From the NCBI GenBank assembly GCA_016208765.1, contig JACQXK010000106.1, positions 20,256-84,255 of the forward strand: a stretch of 64,000 nt of DNA. The letters are read 5' to 3'. Source of the DNA: Candidatus Omnitrophota bacterium (GTDB taxonomy: Bacteria > Omnitrophota > Gorgyraeia > Gygaellales > Profunditerraquicolaceae). Made by a program: the position numbers and the translations under genes. Every line of letters begins with the position of its first letter. The first letter of the stretch is position 1. Below, piece after piece: positions 1-9,001 of this stretch. The notes below the pieces were generated by a model. It was not told the origin of the DNA, did no database searches, and saw nothing but the letters and a program-made list of their open reading frames with translations.

Positions 1-1
1 G

Positions 2-466
2 ATTTTGCCCGAGACAAGGTTTTGCGCTTTTAAATTCATGCGTAGAAATTTTTTCCTGGGCCGTTTTATGCGATATGGCGGTTGGTATCACTGGTCGCAG
101 CATCTTTATAAGAAAGGCCTTGCTCATTACGAAGGCAGAGTGCATGAAAAGATGATCGTTAATGGAAATATAGGTGAGATTAAGGCGGATATTTTGCATT
201 ATCCTTTTGATTCAATTACCGAGTTTGTTGACCGCCAGAACCGTTACACAAACCTGCAGGCGCAGGATATTATTGATACTGAGCAGGATTTAAATTTAAA
301 GAAAGTAAAATATAATTTAACCTGGAAGCCTTTAAAGTTATTTAAGAAAATGTATTTTAACAAGAAGGGTTACAAAGAAGGCATACACGGATTGGTTTTT
401 TCCGGGTTGTTTGTTTTTGTTCATTTTATTAAATGGGCCAAGGTGTGGGAAAAGATTAAAGAATGA
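2..466 (+). CDS. Glycosyltransferase family 2, C-terminal fragment; the gene starts upstream of the window
   Basis: The translation closely parallels the C-terminal half of the GT2 protein at 10118-10894. Shared blocks include YGGWY, the LHYPF/IHYSF motif, and the RxGYKxG(I/F)xG tail. There is no start codon inside the window. Confidence 0.55.
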   Translation: MLPETRFCAFKFMRRNFFLGRFMRYGGWYHWSQHLYKKGLAHYEGRVHEKMIVNGNIGEIKADILHYPFDSITEFVDRQNRYTNLQAQDIIDTEQDLNLKKVKYNLTWKPLKLFKKMYFNKKGYKEGIHGLVFSGLFVFVHFIKWAKVWEKIKE

Positions 467-1248
467 ATATCTTTAAGGGCTGGTCCAGAAAAGAAATAGA
501 GGCGTTTGGGCAGAAAGATATTCAGGATTTTATTATTGACGGTAAATTTCCCTATACAACCAGAGTCTTCTTTGTCCAGCATTTAATACCTTATTTATTT
601 TTTAAAACGTTTTACCAAGATAAATTTATCCTTGAGATAGGCATTGGAGACGGTTTTGGAAGTTTTTATTTGTCAGGGTTTTCGCACAGGGTAGTAAGTT
701 TAGATATGGATTTTTCCTGCAAAGATCACTTGGGCAGGTATATAGAACGATTTAACGTTTCTAATATAAATTTTGTTAACGCGGATGCTTCAAGATTGCC
801 CTTTGCTGATGAAAGCTTTGACGGGGTAATTGCCTGTCAGCTGATTGAGCACATCCCTGAGGACAGGCTAAGTTTTTTCTTACAGGAAATAAACCGGGTG
901 ATGAAGAAAAAAGCAAGGGCGTTGTTAGTTACCTTAAATGTTGAAAGAAACATTAAAAATCCCTTAAAGTATGAGAAATTCCAGCAGCACCATAAGGAAT
1001 TCACAAAAACTGAATTTAAGGATTTGCTTAAATCCGCGTTTTTTTCGGTTGATATTTTTGGTTTAAATGAAGGGTTCATGTGCAGGTTTTTTCTTCGTTT
1101 AAAAAGATGGGGTTTAATGAAATATAATCAATCGGGCTATAATCCTGTAATTCGTTTTTATGAAAATATTCTTCCTAAAAATTATGATGTCAGCAAAAAA
1201 ATTACAAAAAGAAGTATTGATTTAATCGGTTTGTGCCAGAAAGCATAA
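463..1248 (+). CDS. Class I SAM-dependent methyltransferase
   Basis: It has a glycine-rich motif I (LEIGIGDGFGS), an acidic motif II (VSLDMD), and a post-II block (NADASRLPFADESFDGV) followed by a LIEHIPE motif. This is the typical Methyltransf_11/25 architecture. The start overlaps the upstream stop as ATGA. Confidence 0.6.
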   Translation: MNIFKGWSRKEIEAFGQKDIQDFIIDGKFPYTTRVFFVQHLIPYLFFKTFYQDKFILEIGIGDGFGSFYLSGFSHRVVSLDMDFSCKDHLGRYIERFNVSNINFVNADASRLPFADESFDGVIACQLIEHIPEDRLSFFLQEINRVMKKKARALLVTLNVERNIKNPLKYEKFQQHHKEFTKTEFKDLLKSAFFSVDIFGLNEGFMCRFFLRLKRWGLMKYNQSGYNPVIRFYENILPKNYDVSKKITKRSIDLIGLCQKA

Positions 1249-1249
1249 A

Positions 1250-3286
1250 ATGATCATCGTATTCATATCTAATTTTATAGTTGGTTTATCCGGGTACTTG
1301 GTTGCTGCAAGATTTTTGCAGATCAAAACCCAGGTTGATTTTTTAATTTCTGTTTTTATTCTTTATCTTTCGCAGATAATCTTAACTGAACTTTTGCTGG
1401 GTGTTTTCGGGATTTTAAATTTAACCAACTTAATTTTGTTTAATCTGCTTATTTTAGTTTTTGTGCTGATTTTATCAAGAAGCAAGAAAGCACGCATTGA
1501 TTTATCTTTGTTTAAACGTGCTGCTCAAGATTTGTTGAATAACAAGGTTATACTTATCTGTGTTTCTTTGATCATTGGTTTTGGCATAGTTAAATTATTC
1601 ATTAATTTAATATACGCGCCTTTTGGCTGGGATAATTTAAGTTATCATTTTGTCTTCCCTGTAGAGTGGCTCAAGCATGCAAACCTTGAGAATCCCATCA
1701 CGCTTTGTGACGACCCAAGCCCGTCATATTATCCCATAAATGGGAGCTTGTTTTTTCTATGGTGGATGCTGCCGTTAAAAAATGTATTTTTGGCTGACCT
1801 TGCTCAAACGCCATTTTTTATTTTGGCAGTATTGTCAATTTATTCAATTTGCCGAAAGCTAAGGCTAAATAGGGAGTTTTCTTTTTATGCCGCGGCATTG
1901 TTTTTGATTACTCCAAATGTTTTCAAGCAATTAGAGATTGCTTATGTGGATGTAATGGTTGCCGGATTGTTTTTGACGGGATTGAATTTCTTGCTTAGCC
2001 TTAAAGAAGATTTTAACTGGCAGAATTTACTGCTTTGGTCAGTTTCTTTCGGGTTATTTTTGGGGACAAAGACATCGGCGGTAATTTACGGGGTATTTCT
2101 GTTTATTTATTTTGCTTATATTTTGTTTAAACAAAAGAACAGATTTATTTATTTAATTTTATTCTTATTGGTCTCGCTTGTTTTAGGAGGGTTTTCTTAT
2201 ATAAAAAGTATTTTGCTGACCTTGAATCCCTTGTACCCGGCAGATATTTATTTATTTGGAAAGAACATTTTTAAAGGGGTTGTGCCGTTTTCTTTTTACC
2301 GTGATCATTGGACGCTTGATGATCTTAATTTAGGAAAATTTCTTTTTAGCGAAGGATTAGGGGGGCAATTTTTGATCTTTGTGCTTCCGGCAATATTCCT
2401 GGGAGTGCCGGTTGCCTTAATAAGAAAAGCAAAAGAGATAAATTTTACCCTTATTTTTATTTTGGCCTTGCCTTTGTTGTTAATTGTTTCATTCTTACTG
2501 TTCATGCCTCAATTTTGGGTAAGGTATTTGTATACTTTCCTGGCAGCAGGTTTTATTGCTGGTTTTCTAACTGTTGATTCTTTAAGGATTCCTGTAAAGG
2601 TTGTGCGCGTGATTGTGATAGTTTGTTTTTTTGCCAGTGCCGGAGAATTGTCCGGGAGTTGGGAAATTGCCGCATCCTTTATTTTAGCAATTTTAACATT
2701 TTTTTTATTGCCTAAAATATTACGGATAAAATTAAACTTATCGCGTATTTTAATTTTCTTTGTTTTTTGTTTGGTTGTTTTACACTTGCTTAATTCCTTT
2801 TATGATGCCAATGAATATAATTCTTATCTTAAGAATACGCCTTTTCCTCATGAGGATAGGCAGGCTTGGAAATGGTTAAATGATAATACTCCGTTAACCG
2901 GAAGCCGCATTGCTTATGCCGGCATACCTCATGTTTTGCCGCTTTATGGAACGCATTTTAAAAATGACGTTTCTTATGTTTCAGTAAATAAAGTCAATCC
3001 GGTATGCTTGCATGATTTTCCAAATGGAAAGTATTATTGGTTTAAGGATTATATGCAGTTTCATAAAAACCTTGAGAAAGAAGGTAATTATCGCGAGAAC
3101 CCGGACTATAACACTTGGTTGGGAAATTTAACTTCAGATAAAATTGACTACTTGGTGGTTTATTCATTGAGGATGAGTAATAAAAATATTTTTCCTATTG
3201 AAGACCTGTGGGCAAATGGGCATGCGGATAGATTTCAGCTGGTATTTAATCGTGAAAAAGTACATATCTTTAAGGTGGCTCAGTAA
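1250..3286 (+). CDS. Polytopic membrane protein, probably a GT-C superfamily glycosyltransferase (ArnT/PMT-like)
   Basis: At 678 aa it has at least 12 predicted hydrophobic helices over residues 1-520. These are followed by a roughly 150-aa hydrophilic C-terminal domain. It sits immediately upstream of two polyprenyl-phosphate-sugar-synthase-like GT2 genes. The family assignment is inferred from topology and gene context, not from a recognised catalytic motif. Confidence 0.4.
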   Translation: MIIVFISNFIVGLSGYLVAARFLQIKTQVDFLISVFILYLSQIILTELLLGVFGILNLTNLILFNLLILVFVLILSRSKKARIDLSLFKRAAQDLLNNKVILICVSLIIGFGIVKLFINLIYAPFGWDNLSYHFVFPVEWLKHANLENPITLCDDPSPSYYPINGSLFFLWWMLPLKNVFLADLAQTPFFILAVLSIYSICRKLRLNREFSFYAAALFLITPNVFKQLEIAYVDVMVAGLFLTGLNFLLSLKEDFNWQNLLLWSVSFGLFLGTKTSAVIYGVFLFIYFAYILFKQKNRFIYLILFLLVSLVLGGFSYIKSILLTLNPLYPADIYLFGKNIFKGVVPFSFYRDHWTLDDLNLGKFLFSEGLGGQFLIFVLPAIFLGVPVALIRKAKEINFTLIFILALPLLLIVSFLLFMPQFWVRYLYTFLAAGFIAGFLTVDSLRIPVKVVRVIVIVCFFASAGELSGSWEIAASFILAILTFFLLPKILRIKLNLSRILIFFVFCLVVLHLLNSFYDANEYNSYLKNTPFPHEDRQAWKWLNDNTPLTGSRIAYAGIPHVLPLYGTHFKNDVSYVSVNKVNPVCLHDFPNGKYYWFKDYMQFHKNLEKEGNYRENPDYNTWLGNLTSDKIDYLVVYSLRMSNKNIFPIEDLWANGHADRFQLVFNREKVHIFKVAQ

Positions 3287-3984
3287 TGAAAATATCTTTA
3301 GTTGTTCCTGCACATAATGAAGAAGAAAACATCCTTGATTTATTGAACAAGATAGAAAATACACTAAAGCTTGATCACGAATTGATAGTTGTAGACGATC
3401 ATTCAACTGATAAAACTCCGGAGCTGGTAAGACAGGCGATGCGCCAGCACCAGAATATAAGACTGGTGCAGAATGCGCTTGAAAGCGGTTTTGCAAATGC
3501 CATTAAAGCAGGCTTTAGCGCTGTCAGCACAGATGTTGTTGTACCGATCATGGGTGATTTGTGCGATGATCTATCCACTATTCCTTTAATGCTTGAGAAG
3601 ATTACACAAGGCTATGATGTGGTTTGTGGCTCAAGATATATAAAAGGAGGCAGCAGGCTGGGAGGATCCGGGATCAAGGGGTTTCTTTCCGGATTAGGAG
3701 GTAAATCTTTGCATTCTCTCCTGGGTTTTCCTTCTTCTGATATCAGCAATGCTTTTAAGATGTACCGTAAGAAAGTGATAGAAACTATAAAAATAGATTC
3801 AACCGGTTTTGAGGTATCTATGGAAATTCCTTTAAAGGCCTTTTTTACGGGTTTTAAGATCACTGAGGTTCCGACGGTTTGGCGCGAACGTTCAAAGGGA
3901 AAATCAAGCTTTAAAATATTTAAGCTTTTGCCAAGTTACCTGAAGCTGTATTTTTGGGCGATAATGAGGAAATTTAAGAAATGA
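3286..3984 (+). CDS. GT2 glycosyltransferase, polyprenyl-phosphate sugar synthase-like (DPM1/ArnC-like)
   Basis: The N-terminus SLVVPAHNEEENI is followed by VVDDHSTD and a DxD-like DDL motif. The roughly 230-aa size is typical of Dpm1/ArnC-type enzymes. Confidence 0.6.
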   Translation: MKISLVVPAHNEEENILDLLNKIENTLKLDHELIVVDDHSTDKTPELVRQAMRQHQNIRLVQNALESGFANAIKAGFSAVSTDVVVPIMGDLCDDLSTIPLMLEKITQGYDVVCGSRYIKGGSRLGGSGIKGFLSGLGGKSLHSLLGFPSSDISNAFKMYRKKVIETIKIDSTGFEVSMEIPLKAFFTGFKITEVPTVWRERSKGKSSFKIFKLLPSYLKLYFWAIMRKFKK

Positions 3985-4667
3985 ATACGCCGCTGTTATC
4001 TGTAATTGTCCCGGTTTTTAATGAAGCAAAGACTATACGTGTTATTCTTGAAAGAATAAGCGCGGTAGAGGGCATTGAAAAAGAGATCATTGTGGTGGAT
4101 GACGGTTCTACTGACGGCACTGACCGTTTATTAAAAGATTTAAGCAATAAGAGCGTGAGGATAATTTATCATTCCAGCCAGAGAGGCAAGGGAGCTGCTT
4201 TTTTGACCGGCCTTGACAATGCGCAAGGAGAACTGGTGATTATCCAGGATGCTGATTTTGAATATGATCCTAATGACTTCTCAAAACTTATTCAGGCTTA
4301 TAAGCAGCAGAATGCTGATTTGGTTTTTGGGGCAAGGTTTATAAATGGCCACGACGGTTTATTCTTGCACCGCTTGGGAAACAAGGTTTTGACCATGGTT
4401 TTAAATGTTCTTTTTGGAAGCAAACTAAATGATTACGCCACCTGTTATAAACTGGCGTCACGAAGCACCTTTATTGAGCTTGGCCTTAAGGCTTCTGGTT
4501 TTGATATTGATGTTGAAATTGTCTGTAACGCGTTAAAAAAGAAGAAAAGGATCGTTGAGCTGCCGGTTGCTTACTTTCCGCGCACATATAAAGATGGTAA
4601 GAAAATAAGGTGGCGCGATGGAATCTGGGCTCTATTTTATATGATAAAGTACCGTTTACTACGTTAA
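3981..4667 (+). CDS. GT2 glycosyltransferase, polyprenyl-phosphate sugar synthase-like (second copy)
   Basis: It carries the blocks SVIVPVFNEAKTI, VVDDGSTDGT and IQDADFEYDP. These are the canonical GT2 DXD and acceptor motifs. The start overlaps the upstream stop as ATGA. Confidence 0.6.
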   Translation: MNTPLLSVIVPVFNEAKTIRVILERISAVEGIEKEIIVVDDGSTDGTDRLLKDLSNKSVRIIYHSSQRGKGAAFLTGLDNAQGELVIIQDADFEYDPNDFSKLIQAYKQQNADLVFGARFINGHDGLFLHRLGNKVLTMVLNVLFGSKLNDYATCYKLASRSTFIELGLKASGFDIDVEIVCNALKKKKRIVELPVAYFPRTYKDGKKIRWRDGIWALFYMIKYRLLR

Positions 4668-4675
4668 TAATAACT

Positions 4676-5932
4676 ATGAAAGAAAAAATAATTTTATTTT
4701 GTGACCGGGCTGCGTATTGGTCGCTTATTTTGATCCCTTTTTCCGTTGCTGTTGCTCCATTTTTCAGCAGCTTTTTTGTCAGTTTTCTCTTTGTGAATTT
4801 TTTCTTAAAGAAAATCCTGAAAAAAGAAAAATTCTTTGTAAAAAGCGCTATTGACCTTCCGTTTTTAGCTTTTGTGCTTATTTCTATTATTTCAATAGTT
4901 AATTCAATTGACTTGCGCGCCAGCATCAGAGGGGTTTTTAAGTTGGTTGAGTTTGGGCTTACTTTTCTTATTTTCATTGAAGAATTAAGGGACCTTAAGC
5001 ATATTAAAAGAATTGTTTTAAGTATTATATGCGGAGCTTGTGTTGCCTCAATTGATGCGATTTGGCAGATGCAGACGGGGTGGGATTTTATCCGAGGAAA
5101 TCGTATAGATGTTAATGGGACTATCGGTTTAAAGCGCGCAACCGCAGGGTTTCCTAATCCAAATGTTTTAGGTGTTTATTTATCATCCTTTGTAGTTTTT
5201 TCTTTTGGGTTGTTGCGTTATGATCTTGATTTTCTTTCAAAGCTTGGGAAAACAAAATTTAACTTACTAAGATTATCCATGATTTTGGTTTTGTTTTCCG
5301 GCCTTTTTTTCACATTTGCAAGACCTGCGGCATTGGCATTGGCTGTGAGTATTTTTATTTACGGGATTATAAAAAAGGACAAGGCCGTTTTAGCTTTATT
5401 GCTGGCAATTATTTTTCTTTTTCCGCTTTTTGCTCCAAAGAGCATAAAGAAATGGGCAAAAGAAGTTAAATATCGGCCGGCTATCTTAATGTGCAATGCC
5501 GACAGGATGAATATTTATCGCAACTCTATTAATATGATTAAGCACAATCCCATAATCGGTGTCGGCCTGAACACGTTCTCTAAGAATTATCATTTATATA
5601 AACTTCCGGAGCAGGAAGGGGCAAAAACCAGCGATACAATTTATGCGCATAATAATTTCTTTCAAATGGCAGGAGAGACCGGTTTGTTAGGCTTGTTTGC
5701 TTTCTTGTGGATGTTATTTTGTTTATTTAAGGAGGATTTTTCTATTTACAAGGCCATGAAAAACAAAGGACTGAAGTTGATTTTACTTTGTGCCGTAGTT
5801 TCATTAATAGCTTTCTTGATTAACGGATTGACTGAAACGAGCCTTTATTATTCCCGTGTTTCAATTATATTCTGGTATATGCTGGGGTTTTCTTTGGCGC
5901 TAAAGAAATTTATAAATACCGATGAAATTTAA
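4676..5932 (+). CDS. O-antigen ligase / polymerase-like membrane protein (Wzy_C family)
   Basis: About 10 TM helices are predicted. The conserved Wzy_C signature HNNFFQMAGETGLLG lies in a periplasmic loop. I chose the ATG at 4676 because the longer ORF from 4610 would overlap the upstream gene. Confidence 0.55.
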   Translation: MKEKIILFCDRAAYWSLILIPFSVAVAPFFSSFFVSFLFVNFFLKKILKKEKFFVKSAIDLPFLAFVLISIISIVNSIDLRASIRGVFKLVEFGLTFLIFIEELRDLKHIKRIVLSIICGACVASIDAIWQMQTGWDFIRGNRIDVNGTIGLKRATAGFPNPNVLGVYLSSFVVFSFGLLRYDLDFLSKLGKTKFNLLRLSMILVLFSGLFFTFARPAALALAVSIFIYGIIKKDKAVLALLLAIIFLFPLFAPKSIKKWAKEVKYRPAILMCNADRMNIYRNSINMIKHNPIIGVGLNTFSKNYHLYKLPEQEGAKTSDTIYAHNNFFQMAGETGLLGLFAFLWMLFCLFKEDFSIYKAMKNKGLKLILLCAVVSLIAFLINGLTETSLYYSRVSIIFWYMLGFSLALKKFINTDEI

Positions 5933-6890
5933 TAAAATACTTGTTGTAAGAAGCGACAGGTTCGGGGAATTCTTATTGAATATTCCTGCAATCCGGGCCA
6001 TAAGAGAAGCTTATCCTAACGCGGAGATAATCCTTTTTGTTAATTCTTCTGTGGTAGATCTTGCCCGCTGCCTGCCATATGTGGATGAGATCCTTGAATG
6101 TGACAAGGCCAGTAACGGGTTTTTAAAGAAGCTCAGGTTTATAAATAGCCTTAAGAAATTTAAGTTTGATGCGGCGGTAATGCTGAATCCCTCAAAGGAT
6201 TTTAATATCGTAACTTTTCTTGCAGGTATCCCGGTAAGAGCCGGGTATGACCGTAAATGGGGGTTTTTGCTTAACCGTAAAATTATGGACAATAAACACC
6301 TGGGGTTAAGCCATGAGGTGGAATATAATTTAGAACTTGTTTCTTTAATTGGAGCAAAGACCGATAATAAGGCCGTCATATTGGATTTAGATATGCATGA
6401 AGTTGATAAGTTTGCCGCATATATCGGGATTGATAAGTTTGATAATCTGGTTGCAATACATCCTTGGACAAGCGATCCTTTGAAGCAATGGAGCCAGGAG
6501 AATTTTCGCCTGCTGGCTAAAAGATTAATTGATGAATTAAAATTGAAAATATTAATCGTGGGCACAAAAGATAAAATTGAAAAAAGCAAAGCCTTGTTCG
6601 GTGATTTAGGAAATTCTGTATTTGATATTACCGGCAAAACCGGCCTTAGAGAGTTAGCATGGTGCCTAAAAAAATGCAGGCTCTTGATTTCTGCGGATAG
6701 CGGGCCTGTGCATCTTGCAAGCGCAGTCGGTACGCCGGCAATTGCGCTATTTCGTAATGATATTCCCGGTAAATGTTCAAGGCGATGGGGGCCCTGGGGG
6801 GATAAACACATAGTTATTGAAAAGCCGGCTTTAAGCGCTATTTCAGTTGATGAAGTTTTCTTAAAAGCGAAGGAGGCGCTCAAAATATAA
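5922..6890 (+). CDS. LPS heptosyltransferase family protein (GT9)
   Basis: The N-terminus KILVVRSDRFGEFLLNIPAIRAIREAYPNAEI is typical of GT9. The mid-region contains a HPWTSDPLKQW block (the family K-x-WP motif), and the C-terminal GT-B half has the SADSGPVHLASAVGTP block. Confidence 0.65.
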   Translation: MKFNKILVVRSDRFGEFLLNIPAIRAIREAYPNAEIILFVNSSVVDLARCLPYVDEILECDKASNGFLKKLRFINSLKKFKFDAAVMLNPSKDFNIVTFLAGIPVRAGYDRKWGFLLNRKIMDNKHLGLSHEVEYNLELVSLIGAKTDNKAVILDLDMHEVDKFAAYIGIDKFDNLVAIHPWTSDPLKQWSQENFRLLAKRLIDELKLKILIVGTKDKIEKSKALFGDLGNSVFDITGKTGLRELAWCLKKCRLLISADSGPVHLASAVGTPAIALFRNDIPGKCSRRWGPWGDKHIVIEKPALSAISVDEVFLKAKEALKI

Positions 6891-7937
6891 ATGATCCATG
6901 TTATTGTTTTGTCAGGCGGATCAGGCACGCGTTTTTGGCCATTAAGCAGGCAACGTTTACCAAAGCAGTTCCTGAGTGTTTGTTCAGAAAGACCAATGAT
7001 AAAAGATACGTTGCTGAGGCTGGATAAATTATTGCCCAGAGAAAATATTTATATCGCTGCGGGCCTGATACACAAAAAGCTGATAAAACAATGCGCCAAT
7101 AGCCTACTCGTGCCTTTAAAGAATTGTTTTTTTGAGCCAAGCGCAAAAAACACCTTTAGCCCCATTGTTTTGTTGTCGCAGAAGATCAGTGCGCTTGACC
7201 CTGATGCAGTAATTGCAGTTTTACCTTCGGATCATTTTATAAAAGACGCTGTTTCTTTCAGGAAAATTATTAACAAGGCAGTTTCTGTTGCAAAGAACGG
7301 CTGTATTGTAACTTTGGGGATTACTCCTAAAAGCCCGGAAACCGGATATGGATACATAAAAATAAGGTCTGATAATAAAGAGAGAGGTTTTTATTTTATT
7401 GAAAAGTTTACTGAGAAACCGGTTTTGGCGGTTGCAAAAAGATTTGTAAAAGACAGGCGTTATTATTGGAATGCGGGGATGTTTATTTTTAAGGCCAAGG
7501 TAATGCTTGAAGAGGCAAAAAAATACATGCCGCGGGAAGCAGCGCTTATTGGTAAAATGCATAATAAAACGAGATTAGAAAATCTCTGGGACAAGTTACC
7601 TTCTATATCCATAGATTACGCAATAATGGAAAAAAGCGCCAAAACCGCCTTGATTCCTGCTGATTTCGGCTGGTCTGATATAGGCAGTTGGCAGGCGCTT
7701 GGGGAAATATTAGAAAAAGACGCACAAGGAAATATTATTCGTGGAAGATCAATTACTTTAGATTGTAAAAATAGTTTAATTTTTGCGGATAAACGGCTTG
7801 TGGCAGCAGTGGGTGTTAAAGACATAGTTATTGTAGATACGGCTGATGCGCTTTTGGTTTGCGCTAAAGACAAGGCGCAGGATGTTAAACAGCTTGTAGA
7901 ATTACTAAAAAAGCGTAAATACGAAAAATACATTTGA
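6891..7937 (+). CDS. manC: Mannose-1-phosphate guanylyltransferase (GDP-mannose pyrophosphorylase), short form without a cupin/PMI domain
   Basis: The nucleotidyltransferase motif LSGGSGTRFWPLSR is present. The core is about 350 aa and the enzyme sits in a glycan biosynthesis cluster. Confidence 0.65.
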   Translation: MIHVIVLSGGSGTRFWPLSRQRLPKQFLSVCSERPMIKDTLLRLDKLLPRENIYIAAGLIHKKLIKQCANSLLVPLKNCFFEPSAKNTFSPIVLLSQKISALDPDAVIAVLPSDHFIKDAVSFRKIINKAVSVAKNGCIVTLGITPKSPETGYGYIKIRSDNKERGFYFIEKFTEKPVLAVAKRFVKDRRYYWNAGMFIFKAKVMLEEAKKYMPREAALIGKMHNKTRLENLWDKLPSISIDYAIMEKSAKTALIPADFGWSDIGSWQALGEILEKDAQGNIIRGRSITLDCKNSLIFADKRLVAAVGVKDIVIVDTADALLVCAKDKAQDVKQLVELLKKRKYEKYI

Positions 7938-8407
7938 GAAAAATCCTGATTATAAACCCTTTTGGTATCGGTGATTGTTTATTTACCACTCCTGTTATCA
8001 GGGCAATTAAAGAGAAGTGCCCTGGTTGTTTTATCGGATTCTGGTCTAACCAAAGAGTCGGGAGCTTATTAAAAAACAACCAAAGGATAGATTTAGTCAT
8101 TCCTTTTTCACGGGGAGACCTGAAAAAAGTTTTCACAGATTCATTTTTTAAAGGTTTAAAAGCGTTCTTTGATTTATTAAAGCAAATCCGCAGGCAAAGA
8201 TTTGATGTATGTTTGGATTTTTCTCTTGATCATCGTTATGGTTTTATTGCCAAGCTTTTAGGGATAAAAAAGAGGATCGGATTTAATTATAAAAATCGCG
8301 GTTTTTTTCTAACCCATAAGATTGATCTAAAAGGGTATGATTCCAGGCACATGGTTGAATATTACCTTGAATTGCTTAAATATCTGGATATAGAGCCTTC
8401 TAATTAA
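7934..8407 (+). CDS. GT9 heptosyltransferase, N-terminal domain; an in-frame TAA separates it from the C-terminal half
   Basis: The N-terminus ILIINPFGIGDCLFTTPVIRAIKEK is a typical GT9 start. The ORF ends at the TAA at 8405-8407, inside the GT-B interdomain linker. The next ORF continues in the same frame 15 nt later. Confidence 0.55.
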   Translation: MRKILIINPFGIGDCLFTTPVIRAIKEKCPGCFIGFWSNQRVGSLLKNNQRIDLVIPFSRGDLKKVFTDSFFKGLKAFFDLLKQIRRQRFDVCLDFSLDHRYGFIAKLLGIKKRIGFNYKNRGFFLTHKIDLKGYDSRHMVEYYLELLKYLDIEPSN

Positions 8408-8422
8408 GATTTAGAGTTATTT

Positions 8423-9001
8423 GTGCAGGAAAAGAATCAGATAAGAATGAAGCATGTTTTTGAGGCAGCAGGTTTTTCAGAGAATGATTTTATTGTGGGT
8501 ATTGCCCCGGGTGCAGGAGCAAGCTGGGGTAAGGATGCAAAGTTTAAACATTGGCCGGCAATAAAGTATGCACAGCTTGCAGAAAAACTAAGCCTTGATT
8601 TAGGGGCAAAGATTGTGATCCTGGGAGATTCTTCTGATATGCCGATTGGTGAAATGATCTTCGGGATGATGAAAAATAAGCCGTTAGATCTAACGGGAAA
8701 AACCAGCTTAGGGGATTTTGCAGCTGCAATTAAGAATTTAAATATTCTTGTTACCAATGATGGCGGGCCGTTGCATGTGGCAGTTGCTTTGGGAATAAAT
8801 ACCGTGTCTTTGTTTGGGCCGGTAGATGATTTAACCTATGGGCCGTACCCTGCAAGCAGCAAGCATGTTGTGATTAAGAAAGATTTGGCTTGCCGGCCTT
8901 GTTATAAGAATTTTCGCATGCCTTTGTGCCAGTTTGACCGCGAGTGTATAAAATCCATTGAGGTTGATGATGTTTTTACAATGATCAGGAGGATGAAGTG
9001 A
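8423..9001 (+). CDS. GT9 heptosyltransferase, C-terminal (donor-binding) domain; continues from 7934-8407 in the same frame
   Basis: It carries the blocks GIAPGAGASWGKDAKFKHWP and TNDGGPLHVAVALGINTVSLFGP. Together with the upstream half this gives about 354 aa, the normal GT9 length. The ORF starts at a GTG. Confidence 0.55.
   Translation: MQEKNQIRMKHVFEAAGFSENDFIVGIAPGAGASWGKDAKFKHWPAIKYAQLAEKLSLDLGAKIVILGDSSDMPIGEMIFGMMKNKPLDLTGKTSLGDFAAAIKNLNILVTNDGGPLHVAVALGINTVSLFGPVDDLTYGPYPASSKHVVIKKDLACRPCYKNFRMPLCQFDRECIKSIEVDDVFTMIRRMK

Noticed and set aside
6011-6928. A 305-aa minus-strand ORF
   Set aside because: It is fully antisense to the GT9 heptosyltransferase and manC start. It shows no recognisable motifs and its composition simply mirrors the sense strand. 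It is a spurious shadow ORF.
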